A DNA stretch of 64,000 nt, from IMG/VR virus record IMGVR_UViG_3300043787_000193, positions 7,230 to 71,229 of that record. One strand, given 5' to 3'. Below, piece by piece: positions 1 through 9,999 of the stretch; position 1 is the first letter of the stretch, and the number at the start of each line of letters is the position of its first letter. This DNA comes from a virus. Below the pieces are notes generated by a model that saw only the letters and a list, made by a program, of their open reading frames with translations, ran no database searches and was not told where the DNA came from. Made by a program: the position numbers and the translations under genes.

Positions 1-168
1 TAATCTTCCCGACTTTCTCGGCGCTCTTGCAGGCAGGGCATGAACTTCGTCGATGATTTCTTCGACGTACTCGCTTTCGATGTGGTGCATCAGCTTGTTG
101 TGGGCTTCCATGCGGCGTTCCAGGAATTCGGAACTCCAGCCTCCAGCGGAAATCCAGTTAGTCTCCAT
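1..168 (-). CDS. Hypothetical protein, runs off the window edge
   Basis: ATG at 168 overlaps the end of the upstream ORF; frame open to position 1 (METNWISAGG...). Confidence 0.4.
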   Translation of the reverse strand, partial: METNWISAGGWSSEFLERRMEAHNKLMHHIESEYVEEIIDEVHALPARAPRKSGRL

Positions 169-436
169 GTGCGGTGGCTCCTTTGCGGAATTCGGCGACA
201 GGTGCGTACGAACGCTTGTTGAGAGGGCGGACCCAGAGAGCGCGCGGGCTGGGGTAGTGCGGGACCAACTCGTATTCGACCTCGGAATACTTGGCGGGCA
301 TTTTGTGTCCGGCTTCCACATCGGTTTCGTGGAAGAAAACCTGAGAGTCTTTGTCCTCGGGCTTTTTCCCCTCAGGGATGATGTGCCCGAACAGGCCGTC
401 AATGCCGCGCTTTAGGTATTTGACGTGTCCGGTCAC
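158..436 (-). CDS. Cold-shock-domain (OB-fold) protein
   Basis: MTGHVKY..GLFGHI.P...VFFHETDV...VEYELV...RALWV, which matches the RNP1/RNP2 pattern of CSDs. Confidence 0.75.
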   Translation of the reverse strand: MTGHVKYLKRGIDGLFGHIIPEGKKPEDKDSQVFFHETDVEAGHKMPAKYSEVEYELVPHYPSPRALWVRPLNKRSYAPVAEFRKGATAHGD

Positions 437-951
437 GCGCGAACCTCCATCCGGCCGGCTTCGCGCGCCAGTTCACGGCTCAGATCGGCGCAGTCGCGTT
501 CATCTTCGGCGGGTCGGGTTGCTGCGAGTTTTTCCTGACGCTTGCGCCAGATCAATTCGACGAACGGCTTCCATGAGGATTCGTAGTTCGGGGAGTTTCG
601 CAACTGGACGAGCTCGTCGTCCGTGGGATAGCGGGCGATTCCGGCGAAGTGGTAGTTCTGCTGTTCGATGGCGGCGACCAGGTTGGGTCGGAAATTACGC
701 GCGCGCTCGAAGAGGCGTTTGTTCGGAGGCAGGGTGAGGAGCATACAGCACCGCGAGAGCACGGCCCCCAGATACATCGGGCGAATGAAGCTCTGAAAGT
801 CCTCCCGGCGCATGACCCGTTCCAGGCTTTGCTTGGCGCGAACCCAGGCGGCGAGTGCGTGCCGGCTTTCCACAGAAAGAGGGGAGTTTTCCGCAGATTT
901 TTCGCTTGAAACGAAGCGCGAGTTGTGGGATTCTCTCAGTTGAGTCTCCAT
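433..951 (-). CDS. DnaA N-terminal (domain I)-like protein
   Basis: WVRAKQSLERVMRREDFQSFIRPMYL...MLLTLPPNKRL resembles the DnaA_N pattern W..L...L....F..WI.P......L.L..PN. Confidence 0.55.
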   Translation of the reverse strand: METQLRESHNSRFVSSEKSAENSPLSVESRHALAAWVRAKQSLERVMRREDFQSFIRPMYLGAVLSRCCMLLTLPPNKRLFERARNFRPNLVAAIEQQNYHFAGIARYPTDDELVQLRNSPNYESSWKPFVELIWRKRQEKLAATRPAEDERDCADLSRELAREAGRMEVRA

Positions 952-1008
952 CGCAAGGTGACTTAATGTTCGTAGTCGGCGAGGATTCGAGCCTCGCCGA
1001 TTTTGTTT

Positions 1009-1266
1009 TTAAGCGGCCTTCCTCTGCGGCGCACTCCGCGCCGGGAATTCGATCACGTTCACGGGACACTCGGCACAACGCCGCCGCTTGGCGATCAGGG
1101 TTTCGAGCGGAGGGATGAAAAACTGGCTGACCTGGTGGCCGCATTCGAGCGTCTCGACCACGTAGGCCGCGAGAAAATTCAGCGCATCCTCTCGCTCGGG
1201 GAAATGACAAATGGCGATGGGCTTGCGGCTCACCACGAGCCGAAGCACACTTCGGGCTGGGGACAT
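1009..1266 (-). CDS. Hypothetical protein
   Basis: MSPARSVLRLVV...LECGH...RRRCAEC...RKAA; phage-style ending, co-oriented with neighbours; start chosen at ATG 1266. Confidence 0.55.
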   Translation of the reverse strand: MSPARSVLRLVVSRKPIAICHFPEREDALNFLAAYVVETLECGHQVSQFFIPPLETLIAKRRRCAECPVNVIEFPARSAPQRKAA

Positions 1267-1414
1267 TGAGGGGTTCCTGGGGGAAGCGCCTCGACAATCG
1301 ATTGAACGCAAAGCCGCGAGTGTACTGGTTGGGCGCTCAAGGTTTCCAGCGAGTGCCGGAACTGGGTGGAAGGACTGGCAGAAAAACACGACGAAGGCGA
1401 TGAAACCGAAGGCG

Positions 1415-1834
1415 TTAGGCCACCGCATCGACGCCTCCCGCAACCGTGCTGGACGGCTGAACTGGCTTGGGAGAAGTGACCTGCGGCTCGGGAACCGGAT
1501 CGGCCTCATGTCCGATAACAGGTAAAGTGGAAATTTGAGTGGGCTGCATGAGGGCATGCTTTTCATACATGCCGTTTTCGTACACGAACAGGGGCGCCGT
1601 CTCCGGGCGGGCGGGCTTCACGCGCTTGGCGCTGATCGACTGCTTCGAGAACAAGGCCATCTGACGGCGCTTGCCACCCCCGCCATCGCCTCCGCCCATC
1701 TTGTCGCGCCTTCTCTTGCGGCGCATTCGCATCCGGGCTGCGCACTGCTCGCTGTGATACTTCTTGCCGGGGTTAACGGGGTCGAAATGGAAAGTCTCGG
1801 CGCAATCGTCAGCGGCGCAAATTAAACGCTCCAT
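1415..1834 (-). CDS. Zinc-finger (CGNR-like) putative DNA-binding protein
   Basis: CAADDC...KKYHSEQCAARMRMRRKRRR. Confidence 0.55.
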   Translation of the reverse strand: MERLICAADDCAETFHFDPVNPGKKYHSEQCAARMRMRRKRRRDKMGGGDGGGGKRRQMALFSKQSISAKRVKPARPETAPLFVYENGMYEKHALMQPTQISTLPVIGHEADPVPEPQVTSPKPVQPSSTVAGGVDAVA

Positions 1835-1842
1835 GCCATCGA

Positions 1843-1871
1843 ACCATACGTTACGCCCGTAACACTGTCAA
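1843..1871 (-). promoter_or_regulatory. Sigma70 promoter with palindromic operator in the spacer
   Basis: TTGACA-17 nt-TATGGT; the spacer contains GTTACG-N2-CGTAAC (1850-1863). Confidence 0.7.
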
Positions 1872-2215
1872 GCCCTATTCTCGGCTCCCTTGTGCAAAAA
1901 GGCGAAAATTCGCGCGCCGCGCAAAAAAACGAGGAGGCGAAAGAGGCGGAGGAAGAAGAAGAAAAACCAGAGGAAGAAGAAAAAGCTAGGAGGCGGAGGA
2001 AAATTCAAAGCGGAGGAAAAGTCAAAATCATCACGGTTGCGGCGCAAAAACCGCGCCGCGATCTTGAACCAGAAAGATCAACACATTTTTTTGGACAACC
2101 AACCCCAAAACCTCGCCTGTCGAAGCGGCGAAGCAACTGCAACACCAAACCCAAGAGCAAAAATCGGGATGGAAAAACGGGCGGGAAAAACCGGGGGGCG
2201 AAAGGTGCGGAGGAA

Positions 2216-2530
2216 CTACGGGTTCACAACTTTGGGATCGAACTGGCGCACGGCTCCGTGGCCCCAGCCCATGATGCCCTTTTCATCCGCGGCGGATTCA
2301 CGCAGGTGAAGTTGCTGGCCGCTTTCGGAGATGCGGATGGTGTGGCGCGAACTCGCGAGCGTAGCCAGGTCCGCGCGCATCTTAGTGAGCTTCGGCCCTT
2401 CCAGTTGCTGCGCGATCTCGGTCAGGATGCCATCGGCCTTGTCGTAGAGAGCTTTGGCTTTCTCTTTGGTCTGCTCCCACTTGCGGAATTTGGCCGCGAT
2501 GGAGCGTTCGCGTTTGGTGAGAGGGGGCAT
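2216..2530 (-). CDS. Hypothetical protein
   Basis: 104-aa ORF with GGAG upstream and protein-like composition. Confidence 0.65.
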   Translation of the reverse strand: MPPLTKRERSIAAKFRKWEQTKEKAKALYDKADGILTEIAQQLEGPKLTKMRADLATLASSRHTIRISESGQQLHLRESAADEKGIMGWGHGAVRQFDPKVVNP

Positions 2531-2660
2531 CGCTGTGAGTCTCCCTGATCGTGAAGTTGACTGACTAGATTCCCGAAGTAACTACCCTGTGGTAGGGTGG
2601 GGCTGGAGAGTTTATTAATAAACCCGCAACAGTTTATTAATTAACCCCCAGGAGGCGATC

Positions 2661-3038
2661 ATGGCCCGTCCCCGACACCCGCAAGTCTGCTGTTCCTCAC
2701 TCTGCCGCCGCGAAATTCATCCCTACGAAAGCGCGGTCGCAATCTCGTGTTTCGCGCAGACGGTTGGGATGGGCAAACAGCGCACTTCAAAATCACAACG
2801 CTACTTCCTCTGCCCACAATGCGCCACTCGGATCGCCAGCGAAAAAGAGCCTTCCAAAAACGCTCCCTTCGATGTCGCCATCTTCCGCATCCTGCTTGAC
2901 CTGGTAGGCGCAATGCCGGATGTGACAGAAGCCACATTCCAGCAACTCCGGCAGCGCCGCGAGCAAATTCTTTACCCGCCAGCGCTACCGGAGCCGGAGA
3001 TTCTTCCGCCCATGAAGCGGCTCAAGGAAGCGAGTTAA
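2661..3038 (+). CDS. Cys-rich (Zn-binding) hypothetical protein
   Basis: AGGAGG RBS; CCSSLC...CPQC. Confidence 0.65.
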   Translation: MARPRHPQVCCSSLCRREIHPYESAVAISCFAQTVGMGKQRTSKSQRYFLCPQCATRIASEKEPSKNAPFDVAIFRILLDLVGAMPDVTEATFQQLRQRREQILYPPALPEPEILPPMKRLKEAS

Positions 3039-3409
3039 GCCGTAGGTGCAGCCGGTGCTGCCGGAGCCGGTGCCGCATTCAACACCGTCACCACGGAGTT
3101 GACGTAGTTCTGCACTGCGGCATCGTCGCTGGCTTTCCCTGCGTCCGCGAGTCCTTGCTTGATGAGTCCGCCCGCGATCCCGACTACAGCAGCGAGTTTC
3201 GATGCGCCGCTTCCAGTCTGTTTTCCGAGCGCCGTGAAGTTCTGTTCCGCCGTCGCCACTGCGGTCACTGTCGAATTGAATAGCGGGCCGAGCGATGGCG
3301 CGAAAGCCGCGACCGCCGCCTCGCCGAACGTTTCTGCTTTGGGAAGAATGAAGTCGAGGCCCTTCTTGAAGTCCTCGCCAACTTTTTGCAGCCAAGATTT
3401 GAAGCTCAT
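3035..3409 (-). CDS. Lysis-cassette protein (holin-like/membrane-associated)
   Basis: AGGAG RBS; amphipathic Ala-rich sequence with GSGASKLAAVV; downstream of the endolysin. Confidence 0.5.
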   Translation of the reverse strand: MSFKSWLQKVGEDFKKGLDFILPKAETFGEAAVAAFAPSLGPLFNSTVTAVATAEQNFTALGKQTGSGASKLAAVVGIAGGLIKQGLADAGKASDDAAVQNYVNSVVTVLNAAPAPAAPAAPTA

Positions 3410-3544
3410 AGTTATTCTCCTGTAGGTTGAGTTGCTGGATAGATCGGCGCGCGGAAAATACACGTCCACGCGGACCCGTTCTCAAGACAGACGATGAAAC
3501 GCCAGCCAGAAACCGGATCATAATAAAGGCGGATGGTCACGGAC

Positions 3545-3718
3545 TTACTGCTGATTCGGGGAAGGGGCGTGGTAGGCGGCGATTACCGCAGCCAGTAAAA
3601 CTCCGACCACGCTTTTCGGGTTAGCCGCCGCGAACGCCTGCAGCGACGGTAAAAGGAAATGCAGCGCCGCAAGCCCAGCTACGCCGAGCGACGGCAGATA
3701 TTTTGCGAATTGCTTCAT
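3545..3718 (-). CDS. Putative holin (2 TM segments)
   Basis: Two hydrophobic stretches, adjacent to the endolysin; AAGGAG RBS; alternative upstream GTG at 3769. Confidence 0.6.
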   Translation of the reverse strand: MKQFAKYLPSLGVAGLAALHFLLPSLQAFAAANPKSVVGVLLAAVIAAYHAPSPNQQ

Positions 3719-3778
3719 GGCTTCTCTCCTTAAAATGGTGCGTTCGATTGGATTCAGGTCTTCACTCACGACAGACTC

Positions 3779-4189
3779 CTAGACGGAAATTTCCGGGTCC
3801 ACCACCACAATTCCTGAGATCACTTGCAGCCGCGAATCTCCCGACTGCCAAACTCTTGAGCGCGTCGCTGGTCCCGCGCAGATGCAGCCTTTACTTCCCG
3901 ACCGAATATCCGCCGGCGGCTTCGGTTTGCCGTGCAGCAAAAAGCCCACTCTGCCAAACATCACGTTGTTTGCGTCCGGTTCCAGCCGCAGGATGTAAGG
4001 CCCGTGCTCGGTGTCTGAGTAGGGTGGACCTTCGATGGTGTAGAAGCCTTCCGGGATCGGCCCCACGTCGGGAACGTTTTGCTTCGTCGCATCGTTGAAA
4101 CCATCCGGGTATGCGCCGGAATAGCAATCGGTGTCAACTATGTTTCCGTTTTGGCCGAGTGTCCCGGTCGAGACGTTGTAGGTCCACAT
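3779..4189 (-). CDS. Tlde1/DUF2778 L,D-transpeptidase-fold protein, putative endolysin
   Basis: YSG...GPIPEGFY.I...RL.P...GRVGFLLHG...SKGCI motif. Confidence 0.8.
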   Translation of the reverse strand: MWTYNVSTGTLGQNGNIVDTDCYSGAYPDGFNDATKQNVPDVGPIPEGFYTIEGPPYSDTEHGPYILRLEPDANNVMFGRVGFLLHGKPKPPADIRSGSKGCICAGPATRSRVWQSGDSRLQVISGIVVVDPEISV

Positions 4190-4202
4190 ATATAGCTGTG
4201 TG

Positions 4203-7016
4203 TTATTGCAACCGCACGCAGAAGAAATCCGCGTGGTAGTTCCCGTTCGAATCAAGTCCCAACCCTTGCAGCATGGAGGATGCGAAGCAGTACCGCCCGC
4301 CCTTGGCGGTGGGGAGCCCAATCGAGTACTGCGATCCGAAGTAGCTGTCCGGCGCCCCACTCTTGCAACGCGCGTAGATGCTGCCCGGCGGCCCGCAACC
4401 GTAGGTGTGAGTGAACATCGTCGGCAACTGGTTCAGGGCGTTTGGAAACAGCGCCTGAATGACGTTGACCTGATTGAGGGGGCATTCTGGCGGATAGTGC
4501 GCCGGGGTCGAGCAGCCAGAAAATTGCGCCGCCAGCATCGAGTCCGTCGCTCCCACTGCGGGATAGCTGTCATCCCCGAGCGGGTGGGGTTGGCCGTAGT
4601 GCGCGTCTTGCACGATGCCGCCGGGGGCGAACAGGGTATAGCTCTGCGGGCTGGCGATTGGCCGGATATTCATGCCCGAGAACACATAGCTGATGGCATG
4701 GGTTACCCCAGTGCTGGGGTGATTGTTGAAGAACGGCCCCCCGCCGGCGTTTGAGCCGTTGTAGAACCACGAATCTCCGATAGTTCCGTTATGCCAGACG
4801 GTTAACTGGTTGCTGATTGTGCTGCCCGCGCACTGGCCCTGCGACCAAGGAGGGCCGTTGATGGACCAGAGCGTGTAGTTTCCATCGAGTGACATCTGGC
4901 CGTCGTGGATGCCGTGTCCTCCCGCGCCATTTGATCCCCAGCAGGAGGTGCCGGTGACGACTGCGCCGGAGGAGTGAAGCTGGGTGAAGTTGGCCGTGAG
5001 CCGCCATCCACCGAACCCGCATGGACCGCCAGTGGGAACTGCCGCTTGAACCTGCTCTTGCGTCGCCAGTCCGGGATCAATAATGAAACTGTCTCCAACT
5101 CGGAGATTCGTGCTCGCCAAGACGCAAGTCGTTTGACTCCCCGTAGAAGTCACCGCCTGTGTGAGCGTCGTGTTCACCGTCCCCTGCAACGTCCCAATCG
5201 GCGGAATTGCTTCCGAACACGCCGAAGTCGAGCACGTTCCCGGCGCGAGGAATCCCCAGATCTGCCCGGTATTGAAATTCGCAGTGGAGCACCCGAGCGT
5301 CTTGTCCCACACGAATGCCCAGTCCGCCGTGCCCTGTCCTCCGGGAGCGATGGTGATGGCGAATCTTTGATCGGTTTGCGAAACCGTCATAATGCTGTTC
5401 GAGGCCGGAGTGAAAGGCACCACTCCGGGACAGACTCCAGCGCCGAGCAGATCCACCAACTCTGTCTCTATAGCGATGTCGGTTTTCGCGTAAGGCTTGT
5501 TGGTGAGCGTTCCCGTGTTGCCCACGATGGTGCATGTGGACGAAGTGCAGCTCGAGATCGGGTAGTTCACGTAATTGACTGCCAGCGTTCCGGTCCAACT
5601 CGAGAGCGGCGGTGCGGCGGAATTATTCGTGACGAAGGTGACGATGGAGTTTCCGCCCGAGTTCACGCTGTTTGCCGTGCCTGCCGGGATGTCCGCTTGC
5701 CAGATTTGCGACCGGCTTTGGGTGTAATAGAAGCGCGTGTCCAGGGTGCGGCTGAAGCTGAATTCTCCCGTGACTCCGATACCTTTTGATCCGCTGATGT
5801 CGCCCGTGTTGACCACTGCATCGCAATTCCCGGTGGTGTTCACGTAGAGAATGCGCGTGCCGCCGCCGTTTCCATAAAAGGCCAGGAAGTCCTCGTTGAT
5901 AGAACCCGAAAAATCGTTGGCGCTGCCATCGACGGTTCCATTGCTCGATTGCCCGACATTGGTAGCCTGGTCCGTCATCTGCGTGATGCAATCCGTTCCT
6001 GAAGGATTAAGCGTCGTGTCGTAGCCGGTCGAGTTCTGGCCGCCGGTCAGGGGCGCTCCATAGAAGGTGTAAGAAACCCCGGTCAGTCCAGCAGCGAGTG
6101 CAGGCGTAGCCGCAACCGTCGCTACCGTGGTAGAGTTCCACGCCACCACGGTGTACGGCCCCCCACCATTGACCACCAGCGCTTTCGTGAGCGGCCAGCT
6201 TGTGTTGAAGTTCGTTCCTCCAGTGAGCTGAACGCAGGTTTGACCACCGACTGGGGTGCATCCCCCGGTGGTAGTGCTGTAAGTCGAAACTGTTCCCGAG
6301 GCAAGGGTTGTGGCAAAGGGCGCGGTGATCAGGCCGGGATTCGTGGTGGGAGCCTGGGAGCAGTAATAGTTTGGCGGACCCGGCGTGCAGGCCGAGCCGC
6401 TGATGGTGATGGAGACTTGCACCGCCGCGCTCACGTTCGAGTTGCTGTCTGTCGCCTGCACGCTCCAGGTCGTCGTGCCTGAGCCCGTCGGCGTCCCCGT
6501 CAGGGCTCCGGTCGAGGTATTCAGCGAGATCCCCGTCGGCGGCGAGCCCGAGGAATTGGCCCAGGTGCAGCAGGTGATTCCCGGATCAGACGCGGTAAAG
6601 GTGAAGCCCACATACGCGACGCTCGTTGTACCAGCCGGGAGAACACAGGGCTGCGTACATCCAGCCGGCGGATTGTTGATTACGGGAACGGCGCTCACCG
6701 TGATGCTGACAGAACCCGTGACGCCGCCGATGGTGCAACTCGCCATCGCCGTGCCAGCCGCCACACCAGTGACCACGCTTCCCGAGATGGTGAAGATGGC
6801 AGTGTTGGAAGACTGGAATGGGCAGTCATTGCGGAAGATGTTCGGCGCGGGATTATTCAACTGCGCGGTCAGCACAGAAGTTCCCCCGACTGCGATCGTC
6901 GAGGGCGTGGCAACCACGGTGATGCTGGTAGCTGGGGTGATCACCGGGGTGACGACGATCTGCTGGGCCGAAAGCGGCGCACACAAGAGCGCGAGAGCGA
7001 GAAGAATGCGTTTCAT
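4203..7016 (-). CDS. Signal-peptide protein with Ig-like (Big_2/He_PIG-type) domains
   Basis: MKRILLALALLCAPLSA-QQ; SSNTAIFTISGSVVTGVAAGTA; PPTGISLNTSTGALTGTPT. Confidence 0.8.
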   Translation of the reverse strand: MKRILLALALLCAPLSAQQIVVTPVITPATSITVVATPSTIAVGGTSVLTAQLNNPAPNIFRNDCPFQSSNTAIFTISGSVVTGVAAGTAMASCTIGGVTGSVSITVSAVPVINNPPAGCTQPCVLPAGTTSVAYVGFTFTASDPGITCCTWANSSGSPPTGISLNTSTGALTGTPTGSGTTTWSVQATDSNSNVSAAVQVSITISGSACTPGPPNYYCSQAPTTNPGLITAPFATTLASGTVSTYSTTTGGCTPVGGQTCVQLTGGTNFNTSWPLTKALVVNGGGPYTVVAWNSTTVATVAATPALAAGLTGVSYTFYGAPLTGGQNSTGYDTTLNPSGTDCITQMTDQATNVGQSSNGTVDGSANDFSGSINEDFLAFYGNGGGTRILYVNTTGNCDAVVNTGDISGSKGIGVTGEFSFSRTLDTRFYYTQSRSQIWQADIPAGTANSVNSGGNSIVTFVTNNSAAPPLSSWTGTLAVNYVNYPISSCTSSTCTIVGNTGTLTNKPYAKTDIAIETELVDLLGAGVCPGVVPFTPASNSIMTVSQTDQRFAITIAPGGQGTADWAFVWDKTLGCSTANFNTGQIWGFLAPGTCSTSACSEAIPPIGTLQGTVNTTLTQAVTSTGSQTTCVLASTNLRVGDSFIIDPGLATQEQVQAAVPTGGPCGFGGWRLTANFTQLHSSGAVVTGTSCWGSNGAGGHGIHDGQMSLDGNYTLWSINGPPWSQGQCAGSTISNQLTVWHNGTIGDSWFYNGSNAGGGPFFNNHPSTGVTHAISYVFSGMNIRPIASPQSYTLFAPGGIVQDAHYGQPHPLGDDSYPAVGATDSMLAAQFSGCSTPAHYPPECPLNQVNVIQALFPNALNQLPTMFTHTYGCGPPGSIYARCKSGAPDSYFGSQYSIGLPTAKGGRYCFASSMLQGLGLDSNGNYHADFFCVRLQ

Positions 7017-7049
7017 GGGAGTGTGGGTAAAAAGGGAAGAGGTTGTTTT

Positions 7050-9998
7050 CTAGAACTGATTCAGTGGCAAAGTCGCTATCGGGTATGTATCGGTCACCGG
7101 CGGAATCGTGATCCGCACCGTGGGGCCGAAGGTGTAAGTCATGCCTGTGCCGCCGACGACGAAGCCGAAGCCGGGCCCGGTTCCGTTGGTAAATGTGAAG
7201 TCATCGCAGGTTCCCGGTACCGGAATAGTTGAATTGTTCGCGCAGTTGCTCGGAGCGGTGAAGCCTGGATTCGTAGAGATCGTTCCCGCCGTGTCCTCAC
7301 TGTTGCTTTGCCAGGTCGCAAAGTTTTGGTTCGCTGAGTTCGAGAAGTTGAACTTCCACACTCCGCTGGCGCTTTGGTAGTAGAGGTTCTTCACGAATTG
7401 CTGAATGCTCGGAGATGTCCCGGTAGGCGGCCCGGTCTGCCCGTTGGCCGTGACGTTGGCGAGCACATCCATGCCAAAGATGTTGGACTGGGCAGTGAAT
7501 TCCAGGATCGTATTGAGCGGACTTTGTACACGAATCCCCCCGCCGAGGTTGCTGAAAATCGCCGAGTTGAGCAGGATGTTGTTCTGAAAAAGATTATTCT
7601 GGCTCGCCAGTTGCGGGCCGAAGTTTTGGTTGATCAGATACCCGGTGGTCCGGTAGCAGAGGTTATATTCCACCGTCCACAGTCCGGTGTTGCCGTCGAA
7701 GTACAGGCAATGCACGCCGATGTCGGCGGTGTCGCCATTCACGGCGGCGGAGTTCAAATCGTGAACCCGGTTATGGGAAAACACATTCCCGGTCGCGTTG
7801 GTGATCTGGTTCGTGCTCTGACAGGTGGAGACGGAACTGTTCGGGCAGTACGAGGTCATGAAGTAAACCCCCGTATCCACCGTGATGCCCTGAACGAGAT
7901 CGTGAAAATCGTTGTACTTGAAAACGATGTTGAAGTCGCCGTGATTCGTCGATACCCACGGACTTGCGGAGCACTGGTTCGGCCCCGGCTGGCCCGGCTC
8001 GCAGACTTCCGATGCACCGTGATAGGTGTGGCCGACGTCGTTGTTCGTCACAGTGACGTTGTTCGCCAAGCCCACCATGAAACCATCGGCAGAGGAGAAC
8101 CATCGGCCTGTCTCCTCAAACCAGTTCTGACTGACGGTGACGTTGTTGGGCACTTGCGTGTCGCTCGGGGAAGTGCCGCTCTGGTTCGGCGCTACGCCGA
8201 TGCGCGCGCCATAGGCTCCAATGTCGTTGAAGATGTTTCCCGTGATCGTCGGGCTGCTGGCTCCGGTCACCGCAAGGCCGACAGTAACCGTGTCCTGAAA
8301 CGTATCCCCAGAAAAAGTGACGTGCGATCCGCAGGCCGCGCACTGCACCATCGAAGCTGTGATCGGCAGGTTGTAGTCAAGCTGCGTGGAGAGATAGCCG
8401 GTCGAAGGAACGGTCCAGTTGTCGTGCTCAAAAGTCAGCCCTTGGAAAGTGGTGTAGTCAATGCTCGTGGCGGTCAGGACTTGCGCGTTGTTGGGGATGA
8501 CGACTGCATCGGTATTCGGATTCTCCCCGCCCAGCTCGATGTAATTCAGGGTCCAGTTGGGATAGTTCGGATTGGTGCTCGAACGGTCGAGATACCACTG
8601 CCCCGGCTGGTAGAAGCACTCCAGACAGTTCTCCACCATGTAGCGGTAGCCGCCCTGGTAGGGCACCCCGGCGCCGCCCGAGCCGCGGCAGTTCGATGGT
8701 CCGCAGGTCGTCGTGATGGTGTGGTGGGTGTCATCCGTCGAAGAAATTCTCTGAAAATCCTCGGTCCACTTGTCCCATGCAAACACTTCGCAGTCGAACG
8801 GTCCTCCGAGGTTGCAACTGGTCAGGCCGGTGGGCAGGTTATTGTCTGCGGTGCTGTAGACGAAACTCGCATTGATGGCGTTCGGCCCTTGCGTCGCGAT
8901 GCCAACAGAGATCATGGTTGAAGTGATGTCGGCATGGGTGTACGGGCATTGGAAAGAACTGGACGAAAGGCCGGTCGCTGAAACGGTGCAGGTCGTCGTA
9001 CCGTCTAGAAACTTCCAAGTCGTATTCGTGATTCCGGTGAAGGTGACGTTGTAGCTGGAAAGAAAAGTGTTGCTCACCGTGACCGTGAGCACGTTGCTGG
9101 TGAGTGCTAAATTGCTGATCGTGCCGCTCGGGTTTCCCGCATGCTCGAAGGTTCCGATGTCGTTGACGACGGTCGCCGCGCTGCCTGGAGTCTCCGCTAC
9201 GCCTGTCGCGCCATTCACAATCAAAGTGGACGAGGTGCAGGAGTTGACCTGAAACAGCCCGTTGTTCGCGGCGTTCGAGAAGCCCATGATAAACACGGAG
9301 CTGGTCGAACTGACTCCCGCAGGACCGCCAGAGACTTGCGTCGGGCTGTAGCATCCCGTGAATGTGCCGTTGTACTGCGTCAAGCCGCCGCTCGCGCCAT
9401 TGTTGACGCTCGTCGCTGAATAGGTGTTCGCTCCCAGCCTTGGCCGGAATCGTCGCGCCCCGTAATTCACGGACCCAGCGTTGTAGTAGAACAGCGCCTC
9501 GAAAAATGGCGTGGTGTTTGCGATCGCCACTTGATCGCAGGTAAAACCAGCCGTATGCGCCGCCGCGCAGGTTCCGGTTGTGACGTTGCGAGTCCATCCC
9601 GTGATTTGCGTGCCGCCGCTGAAGACGGGAGACTGGCCGGGAAGCGCAAGATAGGTCACGGGACAGAGCGATGTTCCAGTGTCGGAAGCAATGAAGGCCG
9701 ACGTCGTGTTGTAGTACGGATTGGATGCGAGGCCGGAGACAGCAATTGTGATCGGCCCAGCACAAGTCGATAGCGCCGTCCTGACTAAAGACCGCGTGTG
9801 ATCGAGCGTCAGGCAGGGTGTCCCCAGAGCCGTGCAATTGTTGCTGTCGCTTCCCGCCGGGGAAAGATAGAAGCTGTAGCCCGTCGTCACGGGCGAGACC
9901 GTCATCCCCGTCGTGGTGAAGCCCGTGGACGTAACCTGCGCCCACGCGAAAGCCGCGAGCAGCGGGACCAACCACGTAATTGTCGCGAGTCTCTTCAA
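7050..9998 (-). CDS. Signal-peptide right-handed beta-helix protein (GH141-like putative depolymerase)
   Basis: FYLSPAGSDSN; PGQSPVFSGGTQITGW; QPGQWYLD; LYFDGNTGLWTVEYNLCY; Asn ladders. Confidence 0.75.
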   Translation of the reverse strand: MKRLATITWLVPLLAAFAWAQVTSTGFTTTGMTVSPVTTGYSFYLSPAGSDSNNCTALGTPCLTLDHTRSLVRTALSTCAGPITIAVSGLASNPYYNTTSAFIASDTGTSLCPVTYLALPGQSPVFSGGTQITGWTRNVTTGTCAAAHTAGFTCDQVAIANTTPFFEALFYYNAGSVNYGARRFRPRLGANTYSATSVNNGASGGLTQYNGTFTGCYSPTQVSGGPAGVSSTSSVFIMGFSNAANNGLFQVNSCTSSTLIVNGATGVAETPGSAATVVNDIGTFEHAGNPSGTISNLALTSNVLTVTVSNTFLSSYNVTFTGITNTTWKFLDGTTTCTVSATGLSSSSFQCPYTHADITSTMISVGIATQGPNAINASFVYSTADNNLPTGLTSCNLGGPFDCEVFAWDKWTEDFQRISSTDDTHHTITTTCGPSNCRGSGGAGVPYQGGYRYMVENCLECFYQPGQWYLDRSSTNPNYPNWTLNYIELGGENPNTDAVVIPNNAQVLTATSIDYTTFQGLTFEHDNWTVPSTGYLSTQLDYNLPITASMVQCAACGSHVTFSGDTFQDTVTVGLAVTGASSPTITGNIFNDIGAYGARIGVAPNQSGTSPSDTQVPNNVTVSQNWFEETGRWFSSADGFMVGLANNVTVTNNDVGHTYHGASEVCEPGQPGPNQCSASPWVSTNHGDFNIVFKYNDFHDLVQGITVDTGVYFMTSYCPNSSVSTCQSTNQITNATGNVFSHNRVHDLNSAAVNGDTADIGVHCLYFDGNTGLWTVEYNLCYRTTGYLINQNFGPQLASQNNLFQNNILLNSAIFSNLGGGIRVQSPLNTILEFTAQSNIFGMDVLANVTANGQTGPPTGTSPSIQQFVKNLYYQSASGVWKFNFSNSANQNFATWQSNSEDTAGTISTNPGFTAPSNCANNSTIPVPGTCDDFTFTNGTGPGFGFVVGGTGMTYTFGPTVRITIPPVTDTYPIATLPLNQF

Positions 9999-9999
9999 C

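Noticed and set aside
1890-2548. Lys/Arg- or Glu-rich plus-strand ORFs
   Set aside because: Products of a purine-rich low-complexity tract, with weak starts and overlap with 2216-2530
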